A DNA stretch of 32,000 bases from Geotalea daltonii FRC-32 (GTDB lineage Bacteria; Desulfobacterota; Desulfuromonadia; Geobacterales; Geobacteraceae), in assembly GCF_000022265.1 (NCBI RefSeq), contig NC_011979.1, positions 1,290,001 through 1,322,000 of the forward strand, written 5' to 3'. This document shows positions 16,511 through 25,770 of the stretch, piece after piece; position 1 is the first letter of the stretch, and every line of letters starts with the position of its first letter. A program made the translations under genes and the position numbers. The notes under the pieces were generated by a model. The model was not told where the DNA came from. It searched no databases and worked only from the letters and a program-made list of their open reading frames with translations.

Positions 16511-17593
16511 ATGATAATCGGCATACCAGGGGAGATCAAACAGCACGAATACCGGGTGAGCCTCACTCCGGCGGGTGCAGCTGATCTTGTGCGGGATGGG
16601 CACGTTGTGCTGGTAGAAATCGGTGCCGGCACAGGAAGCGGCTTTGACGACACTATGTATCTTCAGGCAGGGGCAGAAGTATGCGGCAGAGAGGATCTTT
16701 TTGGCCGCAGCGAACTAATTGCCAAAGTAAAGGAGCCATTGACCGAAGAATTCAAGTTCTTCAGGGAGGGACAGGCTCTTTTCACCTATCTGCACTTGGC
16801 CCCCAACGCTCCCCTGCTGGAATTTCTCCTGGAGTGTAAAATCACCGCCATTGGATACGAGACCCTGGAGAGAGACGGGGCACTTCCCCTTTTGACCCCC
16901 ATGAGCGAGGTGGCGGGAAGGATGGCCCCGCTGATGGGGGCATTCTACCTGCATAAGCAGGATGGCGGAGCAGGCATCCTGCCTTGCGGTGTGCCGGGGG
17001 TGAAAGGGGCTCGTGCTCTGATATTGGGCGCCGGGGTAGTCGGCACCAATGCAGCACGAATCTGCACCGGCCTCGGCATGGACACCACCGTCCTCAACAG
17101 AAGTGTGGATAGGTTGCAGGTGCTTGAGGAAATTTATTCCGGAAGGCTGAAAACGCTGGTGCTCAATGGGCAGATTCTTCATGATGAGATAGCTGCTGCG
17201 GACTTGGTGATTGGAGCGGTGCTGGTGCCTGGAGGAAGAACGCCCCTTCTTATTTCGCGGGAAATGCTACGGACCATGAAACGGGGCTCAGTGCTGGTGG
17301 ATGTTTCTATCGACCAGGGAGGCTGCGCAGAAACAAGCCGCCCCACTACCCATGACAATCCTATTTATCTGGAAGAAGGAGTGGTGCATTACACAGTGGC
17401 CAACATGCCGGGCGCCTATCCCCGGACCTCGACCCTCGCCCTGACCAACGCCACCCTTCCGTACATCAGAAAACTGGCAAAACTCGGTATCGATGGGGCT
17501 TTGGAGAGAGACCCTGCCCTGGCCGGGGCTGTAAATACCAGGGGGGGCGCAATAGTCCACCGGGCTCTGGCAGATGCAATGCAAAAGCGTTAA
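16511..17593 (+). CDS. ald: alanine dehydrogenase
   Basis: Family N-terminus MIIGIPGEIKQHEYRVSLTPAG. NAD-binding GAGVVG. VDVSIDQGG and VHYTVANMPGAYPRTST motifs. The ORF extension from 16436 is not supported. Confidence 0.93.
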   Translation: MIIGIPGEIKQHEYRVSLTPAGAADLVRDGHVVLVEIGAGTGSGFDDTMYLQAGAEVCGREDLFGRSELIAKVKEPLTEEFKFFREGQALFTYLHLAPNAPLLEFLLECKITAIGYETLERDGALPLLTPMSEVAGRMAPLMGAFYLHKQDGGAGILPCGVPGVKGARALILGAGVVGTNAARICTGLGMDTTVLNRSVDRLQVLEEIYSGRLKTLVLNGQILHDEIAAADLVIGAVLVPGGRTPLLISREMLRTMKRGSVLVDVSIDQGGCAETSRPTTHDNPIYLEEGVVHYTVANMPGAYPRTSTLALTNATLPYIRKLAKLGIDGALERDPALAGAVNTRGGAIVHRALADAMQKR

Positions 17594-17703
17594 AAGCGAA
17601 ATATTCTCCCCCTCGCTTCTTTCCTGCAGCTGCAATTAATTGACATGGTTACAGGGTATTGTATCTTTAATTATATCAATTTAATTCAGCTGGAGGGAAA
17701 TTG

Positions 17704-18987
17704 ATGCGGCGGTTTCACATTCTGTTAGCGGCAGTTCTCCTCCTGGCTTCTCCGGTAAATACCTCTGCCTATGATTATCCGGTTGCCAATCCGTACATCG
17801 CCACCATCGCCGGCACTCCTACCTCCTACAAGGCCGATCTGAAATTGGCCATTCCTGAAGAGCACAAGGAACTGAGTATTGCCGAGGGGCGGAAGGTTCC
17901 CTCCATCTTCTGGTTCCAGAACAGGATGAAATATTCGGTGACGCTGCAGGACAGAAAGGCTCCTCTGATCTTTGTCATTGCTGCTGCCGGATCCAGCTAC
18001 AACTCTCCCACGACCAATATTTTGCAGCGAGCCTTTTACAAAGCCGGCTTTCATGTGGTCTGCCTCTCCTCCCCCACCCATCCCAATTTCATGGTTACCG
18101 CCTCCACGACCGGCGTGCCGGGCTATGTACCCGATGATGCCCGCGACCTTTACCGGGCCATGACCAAGGTCTGGCAGGACCTGGACGGGGAGGCGCAGGT
18201 TACGGAATTTTATCTCACCGGCTACAGTCTGGGGGCGGCGGATGCAGCCTTTGTCGCCAGATTGGATGAGGAGGTGAAGGGCTTCAACTTCAAAAAGGTC
18301 TTGATGATCAATCCCCCCGTCAATCTCCATGCCTCAATCCTGCTTCTCGACCGGATGCTCCTCGATAACATCCCCGGCGGCATCGCCGGCCTCAATCCCT
18401 TCGTCGACCAGGTAATGACCAAGTTTGCCGGGCTCTACCGGGGAATGGAATCGCTGGACTTCAACAATGATGTGCTGTACCAGGTGTTCGAAGAGGAAAA
18501 GCCGGACGACCGGGAGATGGCTGCCCTGATTGGACTGTCCTTCCGCCTGGTATCCGCCAACATGATGCTGACCGCTGATATCATCAACAACCAGGGATAC
18601 CTGGTGCCGAAGAACCGCATTTTGACACCCAACGACCCCACCACCGAATATCTGAAAGTTGCATTGCGCCTGAGCTTCGACCAGTTCTTTGATGAATTCT
18701 TCTTTCCTTTTTTCAAGGCGCGCATGCCGGGACTGACCAAAGAAGCTCTTATTGCGGAGGTCAGTTTGAAGAGCCTTGAGCATTATCTGCGAAACACTGA
18801 CAAGATAGGAGTTATGGTCAATGCCGACGACATGATCCTTGCTCATGAAGATTTGGAATATCTGGTGGGTGTATTCGGCAACAGGGCCAAGATTTACCCT
18901 CGGGGAGGGCACCTGGGCAACATCGATTACAAGGAGAATGTGGAAGACATGTTGGCTTTTTTCGGTGCGGGGAGAGAAGACCAATGA
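17704..18987 (+). CDS. exported alpha/beta-hydrolase-fold protein, function unknown
   Basis: GGAGGG lies 6 nt upstream of ATG 17704. Signal peptide MRRFHILLAAVLLLASPVNTSA. Nucleophile elbow GYSLGA (GxSxG). A C-terminal GGHLG may hold the catalytic His. Its stop overlaps the mlaA start (ATGA). Confidence 0.7.
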   Translation: MRRFHILLAAVLLLASPVNTSAYDYPVANPYIATIAGTPTSYKADLKLAIPEEHKELSIAEGRKVPSIFWFQNRMKYSVTLQDRKAPLIFVIAAAGSSYNSPTTNILQRAFYKAGFHVVCLSSPTHPNFMVTASTTGVPGYVPDDARDLYRAMTKVWQDLDGEAQVTEFYLTGYSLGAADAAFVARLDEEVKGFNFKKVLMINPPVNLHASILLLDRMLLDNIPGGIAGLNPFVDQVMTKFAGLYRGMESLDFNNDVLYQVFEEEKPDDREMAALIGLSFRLVSANMMLTADIINNQGYLVPKNRILTPNDPTTEYLKVALRLSFDQFFDEFFFPFFKARMPGLTKEALIAEVSLKSLEHYLRNTDKIGVMVNADDMILAHEDLEYLVGVFGNRAKIYPRGGHLGNIDYKENVEDMLAFFGAGREDQ

Positions 18988-19748
18988 CCGGGAGAGCCCT
19001 GGCTACAATTGGAAGAATCCTTCTGGCAATTGTGCTCATGGCCGTTGTCTGCGGCTGTGCCGCGCCACGGCTGGAAGCAGAAATACCGGCGCGCCACACC
19101 CTGGATGAATTCATCGAGACCGAGCGCCAGGACGACCCGCTGGATATCTACGACCCTGTGGAACGGTTCAACCGGGGAGTCTACCGCTTCAACTACTACG
19201 CTGATAACTATGTCTTTTTGCCGGTGGTCAATTTTTACGAGTTTGTAACGCCGGTATTCCTCCAGGACCGGGTCAGCAATTTCTTCAACAATGTCTCTGA
19301 ACTGAGCACTCTGGCCAACTGCATCCTACAGCTTAAACCCAAATGCACCGCCAAAACTGTCGGCCGTATTGTCATCAACACCACTCTGGGCATCGGAGGC
19401 ATGTTCGATCCGGCAACCCAGTGGCAGATCGACCGACAAAGGGAAGATTTTGGCCAAACCCTCGGTTATTACGGAGCCGGACCAGGGCCGTTCGTGGTTT
19501 TGCCCTTTATGGGGCCTTCGAACCTGCGTGATACTATCGGTCTTTCTGCAGACATAGGAGGCTTTTTCTTCATCGACCCGTTCGATTTCGAGCACAACAA
19601 AGCGCTCGGCTTGGCCTTCGACACCATGTATCTGGTGGACATGCGCCACAAGATAAAATTCAGATATTTTGAGTCGGGTTCCCCCTTTGAGTACGAACTG
19701 ATACGCATGCTTTACACCAAGGCTCGCGAGTCGGAGATCAGAAATTAG
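18984..19748 (+). CDS. mlaA: MlaA/VacJ family outer-membrane lipoprotein
   Basis: Lipobox-like AVVCGC. Conserved MlaA core DPLERFNRGVYRFN, NFFNN and NTTLGIGGMFDPA. Confidence 0.88.
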   Translation: MTGRALATIGRILLAIVLMAVVCGCAAPRLEAEIPARHTLDEFIETERQDDPLDIYDPVERFNRGVYRFNYYADNYVFLPVVNFYEFVTPVFLQDRVSNFFNNVSELSTLANCILQLKPKCTAKTVGRIVINTTLGIGGMFDPATQWQIDRQREDFGQTLGYYGAGPGPFVVLPFMGPSNLRDTIGLSADIGGFFFIDPFDFEHNKALGLAFDTMYLVDMRHKIKFRYFESGSPFEYELIRMLYTKARESEIRN

Positions 19749-21031
19749 TGTCCCATCATCAGACAAAGGGCGTCTACCCGGCGCTAGCCTCCCGTATCAA
19801 CCGGTTTCCCCAAGGCGCCCTCCCTTCGGATTTGCTTTACCGGATACTTTCCCTGCTTTTTAACGAAGAAGAGGCAGCGCTGGTGGCCCTGCTGCCCCTC
19901 AGGCCATTTACTGCGGCAAAAGCAGCTCGCCTGTGGAAGGTGACAGAGGTGAATGCCCGGCTGGTACTGGATACGCTCGCTGAACGGGCGATGCTGCTTG
20001 ATGTGGAAAAGGAAGGCACGGTATATTATGTGCTGCCTCCACCAATGGCCGGATTTTTCGAGTTTTCCCTGATGCGGGTCCGTTCCGACCTTGATCAGCA
20101 GGCTCTGAGCCGGCTTTTATACCAGTACATAAACGTCGAGGACGCATTTGTCCGCGACCTGTTTGCCGGTGGCGAGACCCAGCTCGGCCGGGTGCTGGTC
20201 AGCGAGCCTTCTCTTGCAGACAACAACGCTGCCGTTGTCCTCGATTATGAGCGGGCCAGCGAAATCATCAGCACCGCCAGCCACCTTGCCGTAGGCCTTT
20301 GCTACTGTCGGCACAAGATGGGACATTTGGGGCGAGCCTGTAGGGCGCCCCTGGGCAACTGCATAACCTTGAACGATGCGGCCGAGTCCTTGATCCGCCA
20401 CGGCACTGCCCGGAGGATCGATGTTGCCGAGGGGCTTGACCTCCTGCAGGAAGCATGGTCTCTCAACCTTTTGCAATGTGCCGACAATGTTCAGCAGGGG
20501 GTGAATTTCATCTGCAACTGCTGCAGCTGTTGCTGCGAAGGGCTGATTGCCGTCCGCCGTCTTGCTGTCAGCCACCCCCTGTGCACTACGAATTTTCTGC
20601 CGGTGGTCGATGCCCATTCATGCAGTGGTTGCGGCAGGTGCGCCGATATCTGCCCGATCGGGGCCATATCCGTGGTCTCGAAACACGAAGTGGATGGGGT
20701 GCCGCGGACCAGCGGAGTGGTCAATGGGGATATATGCCTCGGCTGCGGTATCTGCGTCCGTTCCTGTTCAGCCACGGCCATAAAACTAGTGCCGCGGCCG
20801 AGGCGGGTGGTGACCCCTGTCAACACAGCTCACCGCATCGTGCTCATGGCAATAGAGCGGGGCAAGCTGCAGCAGCTGATTTTCGATACCCAAGCCCTGT
20901 TCAGCCATCGGCTGATGGCGGCAATCCTAGGTGTGATCCTGCGCCTGCCCGGCGTCAAACAGCTAATGGCTTGCAGTCAGATGAAGTCCCGCTACCTGGA
21001 GCGCCTGCTGGCCGGGCGGAATATTATCTGA
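19748..21031 (+). CDS. Cys-rich 4Fe-4S dicluster domain protein with an uncharacterised N-terminal domain
   Basis: GTG 19748 shares its G with the mlaA TAG stop (TAGTG). Two ferredoxin motifs, CSGCGRCADICP and CLGCGICVRSC, plus an unusual CNCCSCCC cluster. No signal peptide. Confidence 0.78.
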   Translation: MSHHQTKGVYPALASRINRFPQGALPSDLLYRILSLLFNEEEAALVALLPLRPFTAAKAARLWKVTEVNARLVLDTLAERAMLLDVEKEGTVYYVLPPPMAGFFEFSLMRVRSDLDQQALSRLLYQYINVEDAFVRDLFAGGETQLGRVLVSEPSLADNNAAVVLDYERASEIISTASHLAVGLCYCRHKMGHLGRACRAPLGNCITLNDAAESLIRHGTARRIDVAEGLDLLQEAWSLNLLQCADNVQQGVNFICNCCSCCCEGLIAVRRLAVSHPLCTTNFLPVVDAHSCSGCGRCADICPIGAISVVSKHEVDGVPRTSGVVNGDICLGCGICVRSCSATAIKLVPRPRRVVTPVNTAHRIVLMAIERGKLQQLIFDTQALFSHRLMAAILGVILRLPGVKQLMACSQMKSRYLERLLAGRNII

Positions 21032-21182
21032 TTTCGTAATCCCACCAGAACCAGTTTTTTCAATGTTGTTTTCCTCGTTTAAAAATTAATAATTTGATTC
21101 TTGAAGCAAGAAATGGTGAACTATAACGCTTCATGTCATCGATCAGCAGACAATCGGCACAAATGTTATCAAGGAGCAGATT

Positions 21183-23210
21183 TTGAATTTCCGTTTTTGC
21201 AGGAAAGTGACCCTTTTCGGCTTGCTGGTTATCAGCATGGCTGCGTGCATCGTTCCCTCGGCCCTGGCCCAGGAGGGCTTTGCCGCCTATCCCCACCTGC
21301 CTCCCTCATATTCCTCCATCAAGGTCTTTGACAGCAAGGGGCAGTTCGTCGGCAGACTGCTGCCGGAGAAAAGATACTGGGTCTCCATCGATCGCATCCC
21401 GGCGTTCCTGCAGAAGGCGGTTATCGCTGTAGAAGACTCACGTTTTTACGAGCATAACGGCATCGATGTGCGGGGCATTGCCCGGGCATTGGTAAAGGAT
21501 GTGGTCAAGGGCAGAATGGCCGAGGGGGGGTCGACCATCACCCAGCAGCTGATCAAGAACAAGTTCCTCAGCAGCGAGAAATCCATTGACCGCAAGCTGA
21601 AGGAAGGGGTGATGGCGATGGATTTTGAAAAGAAGTACACCAAGAAGCAGATCCTGGAAATGTACTTCAACGAAATCTATTACGGCAACGGGGCCTGGGG
21701 CATTGCCCAGGCTGCAAGGATTTATTTCGATAAAAGCCCCCAGGAGCTGACCGAGGCTGAATGCTCTTTGTTGGCCGGGGTGCCGAAAAACCCGGGGCGC
21801 TACAATCCTCTGGGAAAAGCGGAAGAGGTGTCCAGGCGGAAAGCGGTAGTCCTCAAGCGCATGGCTGATTTGAACATGATCACTACGCGGCAGCAGCAGA
21901 AGCTGAAGGCCCAGCGTGTTGCAGTGACCAGAGCGGGTCAGGCACCCTATTACCTGGCCCATATCAAGGGGAAACTTATCGAGCAGTTCGGACCGCAGGT
22001 TATCGAGCAGGGGGGGCTTGAAGTGACGGCGGCCATGGACCTGGAGCTGCAGAAGCTGGCGGAAAAAACCCTGCATGATGGAGTGAAGCGCATCTCGCCA
22101 CAGATGGAGGGAGCACTGTTGTGTCTGGATACCAACACCGGCGATGTACTTGCCGCAGTTGGCGGCACCGATTACAAACAGAGCCCCTATAATCGCGCCT
22201 TCTTCGCCAAACGGCAGCCAGGCTCGACGATTAAGCCCCTGATCTATGCTGCTGCCCTGGAAAAGGGAATTGCAACCAGCAGCATCTGGAGCGATACCCC
22301 GGTTGCCTACAACCGTGGCAACAACGAGGTGTGGAAACCCCTCAATTATGGGCGGGAGCAGTATGGGGAGCTGAGCCTGCGACAGGCCCTGGCCTATTCC
22401 AACAACGTCATTACCGTAAAGCTGCTGGATACGGTCGGCGTCCCGTATTTTGTCGATTTTGCCGGCAAGGTTGGCCTGCCGATGAGGGCGGAAAACGGCC
22501 TTTCCCTGGCGCTGGGCAGTGACGAGGTGACACTGAATGAGCTGGTCCGCGCCTACAGTCCGTTTGCCACCGGCGGCCTGCGCCCCGAGCCGAGAACAAT
22601 TATCCGCATTTATGATCGCAATCGCCGCACCTGGACTGAGAATCCTCCCGTCATCACCCCGGTTCTTTCTCCGGCCACTGCCTATATCTCCACCCAGATG
22701 CTGAAGGATGTCATGACCTACGGTACGGCCAAGGGACTCAAAAAGTTCACCCAGCTGTACCCAGCCGCCGGCAAGACCGGTACCACCGACGACTATCGGG
22801 ATGCCTGGTTTGTCGGTTATACTCCCGGGATCATAACCGGGGTCTGGCTCGGCTACGACAAACCAAAACCGGGGGGCAAAGGCTTTACCGGCGGCACGGT
22901 GGCTGCCCCCATCTGGGAGCGTTTCATGCGGCAGGCGGTGACGTCGAGACCGGTTGCCGACTTCCAGAAACCGGAGATGGTCGTTTCCGTCGCCATCGAT
23001 CCCGCGACCGGTTACCTGGCGGCACCCGATTGCCCCGATAAGCGTGATGAACTCTATATTCCGGGCACCCAGCCCACTGAATACTGTCTCCAGCATGGTG
23101 GAGAGTCATTGAACCCTGTTGCTATGCCACCGGTACAACCGGAAGCGCCGGAGGGACAGCCCGCGCCGGAAGGGGCTCAAGAGCCGATACAGGAAGAGAT
23201 AAAAGAATAG
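21183..23210 (+). CDS. class A penicillin-binding protein (PBP1A family, glycosyltransferase plus transpeptidase)
   Basis: AAGGAG lies 5 nt upstream of TTG 21183. GT51 motifs EDSRFYEHNGID, GGSTITQQL and RKLKE. Transpeptidase motifs STIKP, SNN and KTGTT. Pro/Glu-rich C-terminal tail. Confidence 0.93.
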   Translation: MNFRFCRKVTLFGLLVISMAACIVPSALAQEGFAAYPHLPPSYSSIKVFDSKGQFVGRLLPEKRYWVSIDRIPAFLQKAVIAVEDSRFYEHNGIDVRGIARALVKDVVKGRMAEGGSTITQQLIKNKFLSSEKSIDRKLKEGVMAMDFEKKYTKKQILEMYFNEIYYGNGAWGIAQAARIYFDKSPQELTEAECSLLAGVPKNPGRYNPLGKAEEVSRRKAVVLKRMADLNMITTRQQQKLKAQRVAVTRAGQAPYYLAHIKGKLIEQFGPQVIEQGGLEVTAAMDLELQKLAEKTLHDGVKRISPQMEGALLCLDTNTGDVLAAVGGTDYKQSPYNRAFFAKRQPGSTIKPLIYAAALEKGIATSSIWSDTPVAYNRGNNEVWKPLNYGREQYGELSLRQALAYSNNVITVKLLDTVGVPYFVDFAGKVGLPMRAENGLSLALGSDEVTLNELVRAYSPFATGGLRPEPRTIIRIYDRNRRTWTENPPVITPVLSPATAYISTQMLKDVMTYGTAKGLKKFTQLYPAAGKTGTTDDYRDAWFVGYTPGIITGVWLGYDKPKPGGKGFTGGTVAAPIWERFMRQAVTSRPVADFQKPEMVVSVAIDPATGYLAAPDCPDKRDELYIPGTQPTEYCLQHGGESLNPVAMPPVQPEAPEGQPAPEGAQEPIQEEIKE

Positions 23211-23234
23211 GTCGCTGCTGTCAGCTTCTTTTCG

Positions 23235-23268
23235 AAAGCCCGGGGAACTTACTCTCCCGGGCTTTTTT
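23235..23268 (+). terminator. rho-independent terminator after the PBP gene
   Basis: Stem AGCCCGGGG/TCCCGGGCT of about 9 bp (23237-23245 pairs with 23255-23263), followed by T6 (23263-23268). Confidence 0.8.
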
Positions 23269-23276
23269 GCTATAAT
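23268..23276 (+). promoter_or_regulatory. extended -10 promoter element TGcTATAAT, predicted leaderless transcript for the next gene
   Basis: TGCTATAAT at 23268-23276. Only 6 nt (TTCTCC) separate it from ATG 23283, and no Shine-Dalgarno sequence is present. Confidence 0.4.
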
Positions 23277-23282
23277 TTCTCC

Positions 23283-23897
23283 ATGGCCAAGGTGGACAGA
23301 ATTCGTCAGCTCATCGCGAAAGAAGCGGCACGCCTCATGTTCGAGGAGGGGGTCAAGGAATACCTTGATGCCAAGCGTAAGGCCGCCCGGCGCTTCGGCC
23401 CGGAAAAAGCACTCTCCCTTGGTTCTCATCTCCCTGCCAATTGGCAGATCCATGCCGAGGTGCAACGCCTCATCAACATCCACGATGAAAAAGTGCTGCC
23501 GGCGCGGCTGATGCATTTTCGCCTCATGGCCTTAAGGTACATGGAACTTCTGGAACAGTTTCACCCCTATCTGGTCGGCTCGGTCCTGAGCGGTGCAGTC
23601 ACCGAGCGCAGCGATATCGACCTCCATCTCTTTGCCGACTCCACCGAACAGGTGGAGGCGTTTCTTCTGAGTAAGAGAATTTCTTTCGAGGAGGAACTGG
23701 TCACCATCCGCCACGGCGGAGAATTTTTCGAGTATCCACATATCTACCTGGAGGAGGACGGGGTGGTGATTGAGTGCACCGTCTATCCTTCCGAGGACAT
23801 CCACCGCATCCCCAAAAGCAGCATCACCGGCAAGCCCATGGAACGTGCAGATGCCCGAAAATTGAAAAAGATCATCGCTGACACGGGCTTGCCATAG
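23283..23897 (+). CDS. nucleotidyltransferase (Pol-beta superfamily) domain protein with an N-terminal helical extension
   Basis: GSVLSGAVTERSDIDLHLF matches the GS-x(n)-DxD minimal NTase signature. The basic helical N-terminus is about 90 aa. No HEPN or antitoxin-like partner is adjacent. Confidence 0.7.
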   Translation: MAKVDRIRQLIAKEAARLMFEEGVKEYLDAKRKAARRFGPEKALSLGSHLPANWQIHAEVQRLINIHDEKVLPARLMHFRLMALRYMELLEQFHPYLVGSVLSGAVTERSDIDLHLFADSTEQVEAFLLSKRISFEEELVTIRHGGEFFEYPHIYLEEDGVVIECTVYPSEDIHRIPKSSITGKPMERADARKLKKIIADTGLP

Positions 23898-24041
23898 GAA
23901 TATGGTCTGTGCACATCCTTGCACCACCGGCAAAAAGTTCTACCCTTTATAGAAGAGTGTGACTTTTTCCCATTCGGGAGGCTGATGCTTCACCCATCGA
24001 CGTCTTTCATTTTTCTGTCTGATAGCCAGCAAGGAGGCCTT

Positions 24042-24881
24042 ATGAACTACATCAATGTGGGTAAAGAGAACTCCTGCAACATCGACCTCTACTATGAGGA
24101 TCACGGTGCGGGCAAACCAGTGGTTCTGATCCACGGCTGGCCGCTGAGCGGCGCTTCATGGGAGAAGCAGGTGCCGGCCCTGATCGATGCCGGTTACCGG
24201 GTCATCACCTATGACCGCCGCGGGTTCGGCAACTCAAGCAAGCCTCTTTCCGGCTATGACTATAATACCCTTGCCGAGGATCTGCACAAGCTCATGAGCA
24301 AGCTCGACCTCCGAGATGCAATATTGGTGGGATTTTCCATGGGAGGTGGCGAGGTGGCACGCTATCTCGGTGTTCACCGCTCAGAGCGGGTCAGCAAGGC
24401 GGTCTTCATGGCAGCCATAACGCCATTTCTGCTCAAGACCGCTGACAACCCGGAAGGGGTGGATGGCCAAGTCTTTGACGGCATCAAACAGGCCATAGTT
24501 GCCGATCGCCCTGCCTTACTTTCCGGCTTCCTGGAAAAGTTCTACAATCTGGATGAGCTCAGAGGGGAAAGGATCAGCGACGAGGCGGTCCGGCTCAGTT
24601 GGAATATCGCAGCCCAGGCATCCCCCCAAGGCACACTGGATTGTGTCTCGGCATGGCTGACGGACTTCAGGGAGGATCTCAAGCGCATCGACATACCGAC
24701 GCTGGTCATTCACGGCGACGCCGACCGGACGCTTCCTCTGGCAGCGACAGGGGAACGAATTTCCCAGTTCGTCAGGGGGAGCCGACTGGTGAAGGTGGCA
24801 GGGGGGCCTCATGGTCTCAACTGGACCCATGCCGAGGCAGTGAACCGGGCACTCCTGGAGTTTCTTGGCCAGGGCAGATGA
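24042..24881 (+). CDS. alpha/beta hydrolase of the non-heme haloperoxidase/arylesterase (perhydrolase) family
   Basis: AAGGAGG lies 4 nt upstream of ATG 24042. Motifs VVLIHGWPLSGASWEKQ, YDRRGFGNSSKP, GFSMGGGEVARYL, IHGDADRTLP and GGPHGLNWTH are characteristic of this family. Confidence 0.85.
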   Translation: MNYINVGKENSCNIDLYYEDHGAGKPVVLIHGWPLSGASWEKQVPALIDAGYRVITYDRRGFGNSSKPLSGYDYNTLAEDLHKLMSKLDLRDAILVGFSMGGGEVARYLGVHRSERVSKAVFMAAITPFLLKTADNPEGVDGQVFDGIKQAIVADRPALLSGFLEKFYNLDELRGERISDEAVRLSWNIAAQASPQGTLDCVSAWLTDFREDLKRIDIPTLVIHGDADRTLPLAATGERISQFVRGSRLVKVAGGPHGLNWTHAEAVNRALLEFLGQGR

Positions 24882-24998
24882 TCCCCCGTGAGAATGAGGC
24901 TGACACTAAGAAATGATGGCGTAGTTTTGGACCTGGAAATGGCCTGAGCTGCAATGGCGAGCTTTGAGTTGTAAAGGTGGTGAAATCAGCTGGTAGGC

Positions 24999-25025
24999 GG
25001 CAGACCTGATTTTTCAAGGTCTGCC
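24999..25025. terminator. stable hairpin in a convergent intergenic region (possible bidirectional terminator, no U-tract)
   Basis: GGCAGACCT (24999-25007) pairs with AGGTCTGCC (25017-25025), with a 9-nt loop GATTTTTCA. There is no T-run on either side. Confidence 0.35.
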
Positions 25026-25088
25026 CCATTGCCCCCGGCAACGGTGGCAACCTTCTCCGAATATTTCACATCAACTGCGATGATCAGT

Positions 25089-25532
25089 TTAATTCTCTCC
25101 GTCAGTGGCTTCCAGTGCCTCCATATTCCGTACCAAGGCTTCAGGTAAAACAGTCTTCCTGTCCTCCCGGAAATCGTAAGCAACCAGCACACCCTTCCCC
25201 TCAGCTGCCAATTTGCCCAACCGGTGGCTTACCACACGATATTCCATGGTGAAGCGATCCGCCTCGATGCTGACGATTTTCGCTCCCACTGAAAGGGTAT
25301 CCGGATAGGTAAGCGGGATCCGGTAGCGGCAATCGGTTGAGGCGAGGACCGTGCCGATACCTGTTTCTTCCATCATCTGCCAGGCACCGATCCTGTCGTA
25401 ATAAGCGATGCGTGCATTTTCCATGTAGCGGAAATAGACGACATTATTTACATGTTTCTGGGAGTCCATCTCGCCCCAGGCGACGGGAAACTCCACGACA
25501 ATGGGGAATCCCTTCAAAATCTGGTCAATCAT
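25089..25532 (-). CDS. acyl-CoA thioesterase, hotdog fold (4HBT/YbgC-like)
   Basis: GGGAGA lies 7 nt upstream of the ATG. The N-terminal VEFPVAWGEMDSQKHVNNVVYFRYMENARIAYY matches the 4HBT catalytic Asp/His region. Confidence 0.85.
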   Translation of the reverse strand: MIDQILKGFPIVVEFPVAWGEMDSQKHVNNVVYFRYMENARIAYYDRIGAWQMMEETGIGTVLASTDCRYRIPLTYPDTLSVGAKIVSIEADRFTMEYRVVSHRLGKLAAEGKGVLVAYDFREDRKTVLPEALVRNMEALEATDGEN

Positions 25533-25770
25533 GCCCTGATCTCCCTTTATATACCCCTCTGCACTGTTCTTGCTGTGGGACCAAATTATCAGACAAATTG
25601 GCTAAAGACAACGAAAGAGGCGCGTGGCAGGCTTTGAACAACGTACAATCGGTGATCTTTCCACGTTGATTGGAAAATAAATCTTGTATTAAATTGTTAC
25701 CTTGTTGCCACGCCACCTCAATCTTGATTTGTTAGAAAAAGGTATTAACTTTCATACAGGAGGAACGGAA

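Noticed and set aside
21098-21112. 15-bp palindrome TTCTTGaagCAAGAA upstream of the PBP gene as an operator
   Set aside because: It is short and single-copy, in an AT-rich intergenic region where such palindromes arise easily. No partner regulator gene is nearby.
21438-23096. 552-codon minus-strand ORF antisense to the PBP1A gene
   Set aside because: The plus-strand frame carries all the GT51 and transpeptidase motifs. The antisense product is Gly/Arg/Leu-rich with no motifs. A long antisense open frame is expected from the codon bias.
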